This document shows positions 28,981-41,400 of a stretch of 64,000 bases of DNA, in pieces. Within the stretch, counting starts at the first letter, position 1; each line of letters opens with the position of its first letter. A program made the position numbers and the translations under genes. Under the pieces are notes generated by a model, which was not told where the DNA came from, did no database searches, and saw only the letters and a list, made by a program, of their open reading frames with translations. Source of the stretch: Methanobacteriota archaeon (GTDB lineage: Archaea; Thermoplasmatota; Thermoplasmata; SG8-5; JAGLSY01); contig JAEHCQ010000003.1 of NCBI GenBank assembly GCA_020696385.1, positions 64,001-128,000 on the forward strand, written 5' to 3'.

Positions 28981-30465
28981 ATGCGAGAGCAAAGCGATTG
29001 CATTCAAGAGCTCGAGCGAAGTGAGAGGTCCAGATATAGACAGGCAAGGCACGATGAACCACTCATAATGGAGCTGGCGGATATCTGTGTGAATGAACCG
29101 ATCACTATCAAGCTCCCGGAACATCTGGCTCGTAAAGATAGATTGAATATACCCTCACTTTCTGAAAGCGAGGTGGTCCGCCATTACACGGTTCTCAGCC
29201 AGATGAACTTCGGTGTGGACAGTGGATTCTATCCACTCGGTTCCTGCACCATGAAATATAATCTCAAGGTATCCGAGGAGATAGCGAATATGGCAAAGGC
29301 CAGCATGCTGCACCCGGACCAACCTGAAGGGATGATACAAGGCACTCTACAGGTCATGCACGAGCTCCAGGAAATGCTCTGTGAGATAGGCGGCATGGAC
29401 GCTGTCACCCTGCAACCAGCGGCTGGAGCTCATGGGGAATTCACTGGCATGCTGATAACCAAAGCATATCACAAGAAAAGAAATGATGACCAGAGAACGG
29501 AGGTCATCATGCCCGACTCAGCTCATGGAACCAACCCGGCCAGTGCGGCAATGGCAGGTTATGATGTCATCACCATTCCGTCGAACAATGGAATGGTGGA
29601 CCTGGAAGCGCTTGAGTCCGCGCTTTCAGAAAAGACAGCGGCTTTCATGCTGACCAACCCGAATACATTGGGGATCTTCGAGACCGATGCGGTTAAGATA
29701 GCCAGCATGGTTCATGATGCCGGGGCTTTGATGTATTATGACGGGGCAAATTTCAATGCCATCATGGGGAAGACATCCCCTGGAAAAATGGGATTCGATA
29801 TCGTTCATTTCAATCTTCACAAGACCTTTGGAACCCCTCATGGCGGTGGCGGACCGGGAGCTGGACCTGTAGGTGTGGTGCAGAAATTGACTGACTTCTT
29901 ACCAGTGCCAGTCATCAAGAAAGATGGCAATTCTTTCAAACTTGATCATGATATACCAGATACCATCGGCAAGGTGCAGGGATATTATGGTAATTGGGCT
30001 GTGATCCTCAGAGCTTACACCTTCATCATACTGCATGGGGGCAATGGCCTGAAGCAGATATCCGAAAGAGCTGTTTTGAATGCGAACTATCTAATGAAAA
30101 AAGTGGAAGCCACGATGGACATCCCATACCCCGGTTTGAAAAAGCATGAGTTCGTCGCATCTGCCAGTTGCATGAAGGACAGAGGTGTGAGAGCACTTCA
30201 TATCGGAAAAAGATTACTTGATTTCGGTTTCCATTCACCAACGGTATATTTCCCGATGCTTGTGGAAGAAGCACTTATGATCGAGCCCACGGAGAACGCG
30301 TCCAAGGCAACACTGGACGCGTATGCTGACGCACTCACCAGTGCATGCGTGGAAGACCCAGAATTGCTTGCTGGAGCGCCTTATAATACATCTGTTCGGC
30401 AGATCAGCGAGAAAGAAGCTGCGAAGAATCTCATATTATCTTACAAGATGATGAATGTCAAGTAA
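28981..30465 (+). CDS. gcvPB: Glycine dehydrogenase (decarboxylating) subunit 2
   Basis: YPLGSCTMKYN, QPAAGAHGE, SAHGTNPASA, NLHKTFGTPHGGGGPG motifs. Confidence 0.95.
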   Translation: MREQSDCIQELERSERSRYRQARHDEPLIMELADICVNEPITIKLPEHLARKDRLNIPSLSESEVVRHYTVLSQMNFGVDSGFYPLGSCTMKYNLKVSEEIANMAKASMLHPDQPEGMIQGTLQVMHELQEMLCEIGGMDAVTLQPAAGAHGEFTGMLITKAYHKKRNDDQRTEVIMPDSAHGTNPASAAMAGYDVITIPSNNGMVDLEALESALSEKTAAFMLTNPNTLGIFETDAVKIASMVHDAGALMYYDGANFNAIMGKTSPGKMGFDIVHFNLHKTFGTPHGGGGPGAGPVGVVQKLTDFLPVPVIKKDGNSFKLDHDIPDTIGKVQGYYGNWAVILRAYTFIILHGGNGLKQISERAVLNANYLMKKVEATMDIPYPGLKKHEFVASASCMKDRGVRALHIGKRLLDFGFHSPTVYFPMLVEEALMIEPTENASKATLDAYADALTSACVEDPELLAGAPYNTSVRQISEKEAAKNLILSYKMMNVK

Positions 30466-30655
30466 TGATGGACGATAAATGGAGATCGATCTCCCATAAT
30501 GGGTGGAAACGAGTTTCCCATAATGGAGAAGCATATTTCATATATTGAATAGAAGCGGTCTCTCGTAATGGATAGAAGTGAATTTCCAGTAATGATCATG
30601 TTGGCTAAGTACAGAAACATAGTTATATTGACATTACATCCTAACCAGGTCGAGT

Positions 30656-32452
30656 ATGTCAGCAAAGTCAGCCAAGAAATACAGAGAGAGATTGGAAGGC
30701 TCCTACAGATTGATACGCATAAAGAAGGTCAAGAGGATGTTCTTTCTCATCCAGATCATCATTGCTATTGCTATCGCATGCGCAATATCATATCTCGACG
30801 GAATGAGGTTCGAGCCCTTCTTTTTCCCTACTGACACTTTCCTTTTCATATCCCTTATTTTCATGGTCGCGATGGCTGGAGAGGGTGTTTATTTCAAAGG
30901 AGTGGAGGTGAAGTTCACAAAATCAAAGAGCCGCCGATTCCTTATAGCCAGGAACTCCATTCGAGCTTCTGGTGTCACGATCATCCTATCTGCATTGTTG
31001 ATCGCCATGCTATTACTTCCATTGACCGATGAATATCTATCAGATACATTCGAGAATGATCTGGAAAATCGGGGTGAGAACATCCCCCTGGACCTTGGAC
31101 CATATGGAAGTGATGATGACACAGCCATGTTCGAATTGGTATCCCATCACCCACTTGGCCTGGTGAGACTTAATAATCTGGTTGTCTCGGTAAATTCTAT
31201 AGAGACACTGGATCTTGATATCACCATAAGGAATGAAAAGAGCAGAGACCTCATATCAAGGCCTTTGTACAGTAATCAAGAGAATACCTATGATCTGATC
31301 GAATATTCCAGTTCCAATCTTGAGCTGAATGCCATCATTGAGAACACGGATGATACGACCCCAGCAATTGGAGCCTTCGATTACAGCATAGATTATGGAA
31401 TGTCCACAACCTTCACCTTGTTGATACCCATCATCCTTGTAATCATGGTGATCATCCAGATGGTGTCAATATCCATCATGCTACCACTAAGGGAATTGTA
31501 CGCTTCCTCTTCCATATACAGCAAGAATTATGTACAGGAGAAGGAAGAAGGCGTGGAGAAGATGTCCGAGCGCATGAAGGCTGAAAAACTGGCAAAGCAG
31601 AAGGAGGAGGAAGAACAAGCCGCTCTGGCAGAGACCATAGATATGGCCGAATTAGAGGCCACACTGGCTCCTCCACCGCCTGTGAAGGTTAAAGAAGCAG
31701 ATAAAGGCCCGGTCACAAAGATGGGCGATCTGGATGCAGATCTCCAAGAAGAGGCGGATATCGCCTGCCCCAAATGTGGGGAATTGAACAGCCCACATGC
31801 GGCCATGTGTTTCGTCTGTGGAAATCCAATGGTGGTCGCCGATACCATAGTGGACATTAATGAGATAATAGCCAGGGGAGAAAATTCCATCATTGCGAAG
31901 AAATATGCCGAGGCTACCAGATTCTTCGATGAGGCCATCAGGCATGATAATACAAATGAGAAGGCCTTGCTAGGAAAGGGTAAGGCCCTGAACCTGGACG
32001 GTAAATGGGGAATCGCCATCCAGTATGTTAATACGGTCGTCAATATGAATCCAAATAATGTGGATGCACTTCTTTTGAAAGGCCAGATACTTGAAGCAAG
32101 AGGCAAAACAGAAATGGCGCTCGAGATCTATGACAAGATAATGATCATAGACCCGACGATCAAGATAGCGGCTTCCAAGAAAGAGGAGCTGGCTGTGGAA
32201 ATAGAGGATATGATCATCGCCGCGGCAGCAACACAATCTGAGGGTGTGGCAATGACAGGAGATGCCGTGGAAGAGGATGAGCAGGCGGTTGTCGAGTCAT
32301 TCATGGAACTTCCAGGTATCGGGCTGGCCAAAGCATCAGCACTTTATCAGGCAGGGTTCACCAATATGAACCAATTAAGATCTGCCAGCGAGGAAGAACT
32401 GACAAAGGTAAAGGGCATCAGCGCAAGACTGGCAAAGAAGATCAAAGGATAG
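30656..32452 (+). CDS. Membrane protein with zinc ribbon, TPR repeats and a C-terminal helix-hairpin-helix domain
   Basis: About four TM segments; CPKC..CFVC; three TPR-like repeats; LPGIGLAKA...VKGIS HhH pair. Confidence 0.8.
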   Translation: MSAKSAKKYRERLEGSYRLIRIKKVKRMFFLIQIIIAIAIACAISYLDGMRFEPFFFPTDTFLFISLIFMVAMAGEGVYFKGVEVKFTKSKSRRFLIARNSIRASGVTIILSALLIAMLLLPLTDEYLSDTFENDLENRGENIPLDLGPYGSDDDTAMFELVSHHPLGLVRLNNLVVSVNSIETLDLDITIRNEKSRDLISRPLYSNQENTYDLIEYSSSNLELNAIIENTDDTTPAIGAFDYSIDYGMSTTFTLLIPIILVIMVIIQMVSISIMLPLRELYASSSIYSKNYVQEKEEGVEKMSERMKAEKLAKQKEEEEQAALAETIDMAELEATLAPPPPVKVKEADKGPVTKMGDLDADLQEEADIACPKCGELNSPHAAMCFVCGNPMVVADTIVDINEIIARGENSIIAKKYAEATRFFDEAIRHDNTNEKALLGKGKALNLDGKWGIAIQYVNTVVNMNPNNVDALLLKGQILEARGKTEMALEIYDKIMIIDPTIKIAASKKEELAVEIEDMIIAAAATQSEGVAMTGDAVEEDEQAVVESFMELPGIGLAKASALYQAGFTNMNQLRSASEEELTKVKGISARLAKKIKG

Positions 32453-32507
32453 TTTTTATAAAGATAAGAATAAGAATATTGGCTATTATATCATATACAA
32501 GTATTGC

Positions 32508-33347
32508 TCAATCAAGGGATGTAAGTGCACAACATCCATCCCTTTCATTATACTTGATAGTCTCATCATCCAGCTTTTTTCTGAACCTGCCCGAGGGCAT
32601 TGCCAGTGCCTGCAATCTGCCAGATCTTGCCAGCTCGACAGGTATCTCCAGGTTCCGGGGTCTCATGCATCCGATCCCCAGCTTGATATTATCCGGTAAT
32701 CTCTCAGTCGCATATCCCAGGACCTCGTAGAAATATTCCACATCCACCGAAGTGGAATGATCGAGCCCCGGAGTTTGCATGAGCGCGTTCAGAACCACCA
32801 TCTTGGGATTGAAATCCGCTATCATGTCAATGGCCGCGCCCTCTCCGGAATCCAATCCACGATCAAGGCCAATGGTCACATGCGGAACATAATTCAGTTC
32901 CGCATCTTCCAATCTTGACATCAGTGCTTCAAAATCCCAGGGGCCAGCATCCAGGCCGTAGACATTCTTCACGGCCTGTTGGGAGCCGCAGATATCGATG
33001 GAAACGATATCTGGTTTTATCTTATTCAGGGCCAGTATATCATCCGGACCTATCAGGCCAGTATGCATATTCAAGATCAGATCAGTGTCCTGTTTTATCC
33101 GAGCCAGTGTTTCATAATGGTTATCCAGGGGAACTTTTCCCTTTGTGTCGCATCCTCCGCTTATCAGCATGCCGATGCCGGAATTGGCGGCCAGTTCAAT
33201 TGCTTTGTTGTACAGAATATTGGGATCACTGGCCGGTGTCATGTGCTTAAGAAATGCGCCTTGGCAATGCCGGCATTCCAATTCGCATTCTGTGTCAGTC
33301 ACCGATACAGAAAGAAAATTCCTGCCAGGATGGTAAAGAGTGAGCAT
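32508..33347 (-). CDS. Radical SAM protein (biotin synthase-related uncharacterised subgroup)
   Basis: CELECRHC (CxxxCxxC), LISGG, VPHVTIGL, GCMRP, C-terminal GCC. Confidence 0.85.
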   Translation of the reverse strand: MLTLYHPGRNFLSVSVTDTECELECRHCQGAFLKHMTPASDPNILYNKAIELAANSGIGMLISGGCDTKGKVPLDNHYETLARIKQDTDLILNMHTGLIGPDDILALNKIKPDIVSIDICGSQQAVKNVYGLDAGPWDFEALMSRLEDAELNYVPHVTIGLDRGLDSGEGAAIDMIADFNPKMVVLNALMQTPGLDHSTSVDVEYFYEVLGYATERLPDNIKLGIGCMRPRNLEIPVELARSGRLQALAMPSGRFRKKLDDETIKYNERDGCCALTSLD

Positions 33348-34601
33348 TCACATCGCCTCGCTGGCATATCTGACCTTTATGAGGCCGTAGCCGTAATAGT
33401 CATCGTGCGGAGTATCCTGGTCGTCCAGTTTTTCAGAGGTTTCCATCAGGATCGTCTTGAGCTCGACCACCTTTTCCGGGCCTGTCTTAATCATGTAGCT
33501 CGGGTGAGCCTCGAGAAGAAGTGCCAGTGATCCAGATACGAAGGCAGCTGCCGGGGAAGTGCCATCAATATCGACATAGCTCTCATCGAGGTACGTGGTG
33601 GCTATCCTCACACCTGGAGCGACGATCTCCGGCTTCATATTCGGATCCTCCCTGTCATCACTCGACATCCGGGGTCGACCATCATTGTCACCAATTGAGC
33701 TGAAGTCCGCGATTGTCAGCGAGCTATCAATCGCGCCGACAGCGATGACCAGTTCCTCGGTTGCTGGACTTCCCACATCACCATCATCATCCAGGCCATC
33801 ATTGCCTGCGGAAGCGACCACGAATATACCGCTATTGGCCGCCTTACGAGCGGCCAATTTGACCTCGTCACTGTCCCAGAACCGTTTTGATTCGGGACCG
33901 CCCAGAGATAGTGAAATAATATCCGCGCCATCAGAAAGATCGCCATCACCATTCGGATCCATACAAAATTCTATGCCAGATACAACATCCGCGGGGTCTC
34001 CAAGGCCATCGGAATCTATGGCCTTGACAACTATGAGCTTTGCCTCATTGGCAATTCCCTGAAGGTCACCATCTGCGATGATTATGCCGGCCATGGCAGT
34101 CCCGTGGCCGTCGTCATCGTATGGATCGGCCTCCCCATTGACATAATCCTTCCACTCCATAATGCAATTCGGGTCTATGTCTGGATGAGTAGTATCAATG
34201 CCGGAATCCACAATGCCTATCACGATACCATTTCCGTGATAGCCAAGTGCATTCATCTCATCAACCTGGGTGACATCACATGCCCACTCAGAACATGTGA
34301 TGTCCGTGCTTGGGTTTAACCAATCAGGTAAGCCACTATTATCAGGCAGGACGAATACCCAGTAGTAGAGAAATACAAGGCAGAAAACAATAACAACCAC
34401 CAGAAAGATTATGAAAACCTGTTTGAGAATATTGGTTCTCCTACCTGGCACACCACGGCCAGCGGTTGGATGTGGTTGCGTAGGCGCAGTTTGCGCAGGC
34501 GCAGTTTGCGCAGGCGCATTGGAAGGCGGCTGCGACGATGGTGGTGGAGGAGGCGGTAGAGTTGATGCAGGAGATGATGGTGGCTGTTGCATATTCATCA
34601 T
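33348..34601 (-). CDS. Membrane-anchored subtilisin-family (S8) serine protease with Pro-rich N-terminus
   Basis: Catalytic motifs IVDSGID, GHGTAMAG, GTSPAAAFVSG; a single TM after the Pro-rich tail. Confidence 0.92.
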   Translation of the reverse strand: MMNMQQPPSSPASTLPPPPPPSSQPPSNAPAQTAPAQTAPTQPHPTAGRGVPGRRTNILKQVFIIFLVVVIVFCLVFLYYWVFVLPDNSGLPDWLNPSTDITCSEWACDVTQVDEMNALGYHGNGIVIGIVDSGIDTTHPDIDPNCIMEWKDYVNGEADPYDDDGHGTAMAGIIIADGDLQGIANEAKLIVVKAIDSDGLGDPADVVSGIEFCMDPNGDGDLSDGADIISLSLGGPESKRFWDSDEVKLAARKAANSGIFVVASAGNDGLDDDGDVGSPATEELVIAVGAIDSSLTIADFSSIGDNDGRPRMSSDDREDPNMKPEIVAPGVRIATTYLDESYVDIDGTSPAAAFVSGSLALLLEAHPSYMIKTGPEKVVELKTILMETSEKLDDQDTPHDDYYGYGLIKVRYASEAM

Positions 34602-34667
34602 TATAGATATAGTGAATTAAAGATATAAACATATAGATGACAGAGCATATTTCAGCAATAGCATATG

Positions 34668-34835
34668 CATTCGAGCATGCCCCGTCCCGAGTGACGCAGG
34701 GGCGGGGTACTATATTCGATGACCCAGCGAGTGACAGTTGCGATGTCCCAGCAAAAAGATGAACTCCTCGCTCCCCTAAAAGCGAGGAGGGAATGAAGCC
34801 CCGCCTCGATTAAAGCAGGGGCGGGGTCTTTATCC
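34668..34835. mobile_element. Small non-autonomous hairpin element, copy 2 (with an extra internal hairpin)
   Basis: ATTCGAGCATGCCCCGTC..GGGGCGGGGT..TATATTCGATGACCCAG and GCCCCGCC.CGAT.AAAGCAGGGGCGGGGT shared with the other copies; extra stem CTCCTCGCT/AGCGAGGAG. Confidence 0.6.
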
Positions 34836-34898
34836 ACACCCAGCTTAACAAATCCGAGCAAATCAGCGCAGTGAGAATTGCAAAAAAATGAGTACGAT

Positions 34899-35216
34899 TC
34901 AAACCCCGAACCCATCATCCAACTGGCTTCTGGCTTCCTTCTGCAATGTCAATTCCTCTTCCCACTGGTCAAGTGTGTCGAAGGTTTCTTTCAAAAGTCT
35001 AAGGCAATCTATGCATATCCATCGCTTCCCGATATTCTTCATGGATCTCTTTCTATAGCATATCTCATCGCAGAGCCAGCAGGTGTGCATTTCTTTGGTA
35101 CGGTGCTCCGCGTAGGCTTCCATCTTCCGACCCTCGACAATGCTCTCTATGACCATTCGTCTGCGATCGGTCTCCTCGGTCTTGAGGTCAGGGGTTTGCT
35201 GTTCTTCATCTGCCAT
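34899..35216 (-). CDS. Hypothetical zinc-finger protein
   Basis: CWLC...CIDC motif followed by a helical acidic tail. Confidence 0.7.
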   Translation of the reverse strand: MADEEQQTPDLKTEETDRRRMVIESIVEGRKMEAYAEHRTKEMHTCWLCDEICYRKRSMKNIGKRWICIDCLRLLKETFDTLDQWEEELTLQKEARSQLDDGFGV

Positions 35217-35459
35217 GTGATAGCCTTACTGAATTTGTACCATACCACTCTAGCATGGTGCGAATTATGTAAGGACTCAAATAAGGCCTTAGCCTTGTGG
35301 AGTCCTCGCATCCTTACGATTGTAGATAATGATTGAACATATAAATTTGTCCCTCGATATTATCAAAACATAATTGTGCAAAAAAATGAACAGCCAGTAT
35401 AATATTTATATTATGAATTACATTGACTTGCTTATACTATTTAGGACGCGGGTGATTAC

Positions 35460-38400
35460 ATGCATTCTGAAGATATGGACAAAAATGTTAACAATGATGA
35501 ATTTGATAGTGACATCTCAATTGATGAAATAGAAGTTATTGACGATACTGTTAAAATCGATACCATTGATAATGATAAAATCATTGATGATACAGGTAAA
35601 ACTGATATCATTGTCGATGATGAGATCATTGACGATGATGAGATCATTGACGATGATAAGATCATTGACGATGATAAGATCATTGATGATGATGATATCA
35701 TTGACGATGATAAGATCATTGACGATGATAAGATCATTGATGATGCGGAAACCATCGATGAAACAGAGATCATCAATGATAGCGAACCAGAGGCCGACAC
35801 AAAAAAGCCAACTACCAAAAGCAGTGGTCATAAAGCAAGCAAGAAGATCAACAAGAATGCATTGGCATCTATCTTCATCGTTATCATCATGATATCAGGA
35901 TCCTTCTATGCTGGCATACTTTACGGCATGGAGGATAAGGACTCGGATCAGGTAATTGATAAATATGATTTTGAGACTGATTCCTTTGATAACGGAGCAA
36001 CACTGATCCGGAAGGATGTGAAGATCCCTGAAGAGTCCGACGAGGTCTCGGAGATCACCATAACCAATGACACGATCTCCTTTGATTATTCCACAGATAC
36101 TGGGGCTCCAGATTACTCCGAAGGAGATATCGTCACAGGAACTGATGGCGATGGGTATCTCAGAAGGATCGTCAACATTACCAATGAAGACGGCAAGGTC
36201 GTGGCTGACACGGAGCCAGTGGGTCTTGACGAGGTGATCCTGAAAGGCGAGTTCAATGCCACTGATAGCCTTATGATAGACAATGGCACAAGAGGATGGG
36301 ATCTGACATCGATCAATCATCAAGAGATCAAGATAGATACACCAATTGCTAGCGGTGTCATTTCCACAAAATTCTATTATGAGGAATTTTCAGCCTATAC
36401 CTACGCCAGGTATGACTGGGGATTGAAGGAATTCACATACTCGCTCCATGAAAAAATGGTCTTTGAAATAGATTTTAATATTACATTGAAGGGCGAATGG
36501 AAATTCGACCCAAAGGATATGCCTGGATTATTCCCACAGCCCAAATTCAATTCATTCACCATCTGGCTTGGCGGAATACCTTTGGTCATGCAGCCGCAAT
36601 TCGAATGGGGCCCGATCATCGAATTGGCAGCAAATGGTCAATTCAATACAGGTGTGAAAGTCACTGTTGATAGAACATCTGGATTGTCATTCTATGATGG
36701 GAAATGGACGGATCTTGCTTCGGAGTCACGTACCGAGGAATGGAAGCCGATGACATTTGTCTTCAGCTTCACTGCAAAATTAGGGATCTATGCGGATTTC
36801 GAAATACTTCTATACGGTGCTGTTGGCCCTTTCATTAGAGGAGAAGTATATTTCTTATTTACCTGGACGCCCACCACGAATCCAACCTTGAATATCGATT
36901 TCGTGCTTGATATTTACGCAGGCCTGAGGTTCAAGATCGAATTCAATTACTGGAGCTGGTCCTTCTGGGGTGGATGGAAACAGAAAACAGGAACTCTGTT
37001 CAGTATTGAGCAATCTATGCACATATTCAATTTGAGAGTCGATGTATATGATAGTCCATACGAATGGCCTCCTGAACCTCCGAATAACCTAAGAGCGGAG
37101 GTTCCGGACCCAAGCCAAGAAGAGATCTGGGTCAGGTTCGATCCCATTGAAAACGAAAGATGGCCAGAGGCCTCGAGATGGAATATATACAGGAACGGAG
37201 AGCGATTGGTATTCCATACCAATCCCTATTCAGGGATCGAGGTAGATTATATCAAGCCAATGTTTTCAAGAAGTGCCAGGTATAATGAGGTCCTCAGTCA
37301 AAAGATGTTCCTTGAAGATGATCAGCTACCTGAACCTGGAGAGGAGACTTTCATAATCTGGGGTAGATCCATAGACCTGTTTGATGATGGTGCATCCGAG
37401 GTCATATTTATCGATAAGAATGTGGAACCTGGTGAGACGTACGTATACCACATAATTCCTTCAAGCTATCGTGGGGAAGGAAATATCAGTGATTTCGCTG
37501 TTATCAGATTCCCGACGAATCCATCCGTGCCAAGAAGCTTCACCGCTTCCCCATCATGGAACGAGACAGGTCCCGGAAATTTCTCACACAATATCACCTT
37601 GACATGGCAGGAGCCAGATGATGATGGTGAACTACCAATTGAGAATTACATGCTCTACAAGGGGACACAGCCAGATTTCATGAACACTCAAACCTACCAA
37701 ACCTTCACACTGGACAATGTAACCTCCTATGTGGATGAAGATGTGGTCAAAGGCCAGTCGTATTATTACATGATAATGGCCGGTAATGGTCATCTCTGGA
37801 GTTCTCGCACTACTGAGATTACAACAACCGCCTTCACACCACCCGGATCCATATCCAATCTGACCGCGATCTCAGGGGACGATTATGCGAACATGACCTG
37901 GGTAGCTCCAGATGATGACGGTGGATCACCGATCACAGGTTATCAGATACAAAGGAACCCGGAACCAAAAACCTTCCTTGTTGGCAATGTAACCAGTTTC
38001 AATGATACCAGCGTTACAAATGGAATTACCTACACATACTCCATCACTGCCGTTAATGAGGAGTTCGGCGCCACCACGCCAGTGGTCGTATCCTCCACAC
38101 CTCTAAGCACGCCTTCCGCACCATACGACCTGAATGCGGTCGAAGGAGTAGCGTCTGTTGATCTTTCATGGAGCCCTCCATCGGATATTGGAGGTTCGCC
38201 AGTGACCAATTACAACATATACAGAGGCACAACGCCAGGTAATGAAGTTTTCATTACCCAGATAGGTGACCTGACCAATTACAATGACCCGGGTCTTGTC
38301 AATGGCCAGGTATATTATTACAAGGTAAGTGCGGTCAATATCGTTGGTGAGAGCGGTCTTTCAACCGAGATTAGCTCAATTCCGAGAACAATTCCGGATG

Positions 38401-41400
38401 CGCCACAGACATTGACAGTCACTGCTGGCGATGGCTATGCGGATCTTTCATGGAGTGCGCCAGCATTCGATGGTGGTTCAGGTGTCACAGCATACAAGAT
38501 ATACAAGGGAACCGCACCAGGTGGTGAGGCATTCTTCGTCCAGATAGGCAATACACTGGGCTATAATGATACGGCCGTGGCCAATGGCCAGGTGTATTAT
38601 TACCAGGTTACCGCAGTTAATGTCGCTGGAGAAGGAGCATTATCAAATGAGGCCAGTGACACACCTGGACGAATACCAGATGCACCACAGACACTGACAG
38701 TCAATGCGGGAGATAGTTATGCGACACTTAATTGGCTGGCTCCAGCCTTTGATGGTGGCTTCCCGGTGACGAATTACAGAATATACAGGGGAACAAGCCC
38801 CGGTGGTGAGGCATTCCTTGTCATGATAGGTAATTCACTAACCTTCAATGATACTTCTGTGACCAATGGCCAGATATATTATTATCAGGTTGCCGCGGTC
38901 AATTCAGAGGGCGAGGGATCCATATCGAATGAGGCCAGCGATACACCGCTGGCCATCTCATCAGCCCCACTCACACCCTCCACCATATCAGGGGACCAGT
39001 ATGTGCAATTGAGCTGGACAATACCAGCGGACAATGGCGGCACCCCGGTGACGAATTACAGAATATACAGGGGAACAAGCCCTGGTGGAGAGACATTCCT
39101 CATCGAGATAGGCAACCAGCTTAGCTACAATGATACCGCCCTGGCAAATGGCCAGATATATTATTACAGGGTATCTGCAAAGAATGTAGTAGGTGAGGGG
39201 GCAATGTCATCCGAGGTCAGTGATACACCTCTGGCCATTCCAAACTCCCCTCAATCCCTTGTGGCAGTACCTGGCGATACCATAGTGGATCTCGGCTGGA
39301 ACGCACCAGCCATTGATGGCGGGACACCAGTGACCAATTACAATATCTACAGAGGAACAAGCCCAGGTACCGAGGTATTCCTTACCCAGATAGGTCCAGT
39401 GACCACATACAATGATAATACTCTGGTAAATGGTCAAATATACTATTATCAGGTAAGCGCGGTCAATGTGATCGGAGAGGGAACTCTATCCGGTGAGACA
39501 TCGGCGATCCCGGTCAATGTACCTGGAACCCCATTGAACCCAGTCACTACGGATGGTGATGAATATGTCGATATCACATGGGATGCACCATCAGATATTG
39601 GCGGAACTCCAGTTGTGAATTACCGCGTGTACAGGGGAACGAGCCCAGGCACGGAGGTATTCCTGACCGAGATAGGCAATATCACCAATTTCAATGACAC
39701 TGGCCTCGTCAATGGCCAGTCATATTATTATCAGATCAGCGCAGTCAATGCGGTCGGTGAAGGAGCCCTATCAACAGAGACCAACGGAACAGCCAGAGCA
39801 ACCCCAGATGCTCCAACCGGCCTGGTAGCGATTGCCAATAATGGAGGCATGAACCTCACCTGGCAGCCGCCGCTTATAGACGGCGGATTCCCGGTACTGG
39901 ATTATTCCGTATATCGAGGTACATCGCCAGGAAACGAAGTTTTCCTCGCTTCTGTAGGCGGTCCAACAACAAGCTTCGATGACAGTGGTTTGATAAATGG
40001 CCAGATATATTATTACAAGGTCACGGCGAGCAATATTGTCGGAGAAGGTGGCATGTCGAACGAGGCCAGTGATATTCCAAAGGCCGTACCTTCTGAGCCT
40101 TTGTCCCTGTCAACAACCTCTGGCGCGGGATATGTCGAGCTCAGCTGGCTGGCACCTTCAGATCCTGGAGGCGGAACGATATCCAATTACAACATATACA
40201 GAGGAATGGCAGAAGGCGGTGAGATGTTCCTCACCCAGATAGGAAATGTCACGACCTACAACAATACTGGATTGATCAATGGCGATACCTATCACTACAA
40301 GGTCACGGCAGCCAATGAGATAGGAGCAGGACCAATGTCCAATGGTGCCAATGACACACCACTGGCACCTCCATCCGAACCATATGGATTGGCAACTGAG
40401 AGCGGTGATGGATATGTGAACATCACCTGGCAAGTGCCATCTCTCGATGGAGGAACAACGATCACCGGCTACCGTATATATCGAGGTACTTCTCCAGGAG
40501 GAGCGGTATTCCTCACTCAGATAGGAAATATACTCTATCTGAATGACACTGGCCTGACCAATGGCGTCACCTATTATTACAATGTCAGCGCGGTCAATGT
40601 GATAGGCGAAGGCCAATTATCTTCAGAGACTGACGACACACCACATGACCTGCCTACTGCTCCACAGACATTGTCAGCAATTGCTGGCGATGAATATGTC
40701 AATCTAACATGGGCGGCTCCAGCTGACCTGGGTGGATTCCCAGTCATCAATTACAAGATATACAAGGGAACCAGCCCAGGTACCGAAGTGTTCCTTACAC
40801 AGATCGGCAACCTGACATATTTCACAGACACTGCGATAAATGGCTGGACCACTTACTATTACAAGGTAAGTGCAGTGACCGGCATTGGAGAAGGCCCATT
40901 GTCCAATGAGGCCAATGACTCGCCGAACTCGAAGCCAGATGCACCATCCAATCTGGCAGAGGTATCTGGTGTCACCTTTGTGAATCTGACATGGGATGCG
41001 CCTCTTGATGGTGGTTATCCCGTGACCAATTACAATATCTACAGAGGGAACACATCGGGAACTGAAACATACCTGGCCACGGTCGGAGTCCAGCTTTATT
41101 ACAATGATTCCGCACTTAGTCCGTGGGATGATTATTACTACACGGTAAGCGCGATAAACCTGCTTGGCGAGGGACTCAATTCCAGTGAGATATTTGGAGT
41201 TCCACAGTGCGTTCCATATGCACCCCAGAACCTCACGGCCTTCATCAATAATGTGGTGATCGACCTGACATGGGATGATCCTGCATTATTCACCCCCATA
41301 GATTCATATTACATATACAGGGGCAATGAGAGCGGCAATCTGACATATTATGATCAGGTGTTCTACCCAGATACAACGTACACCGATGAAAATCCGATAT

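Noticed and set aside
34652-34918. 88-aa minus-strand ORF
   Set aside because: It coincides with the non-coding hairpin element and has no protein-like features.
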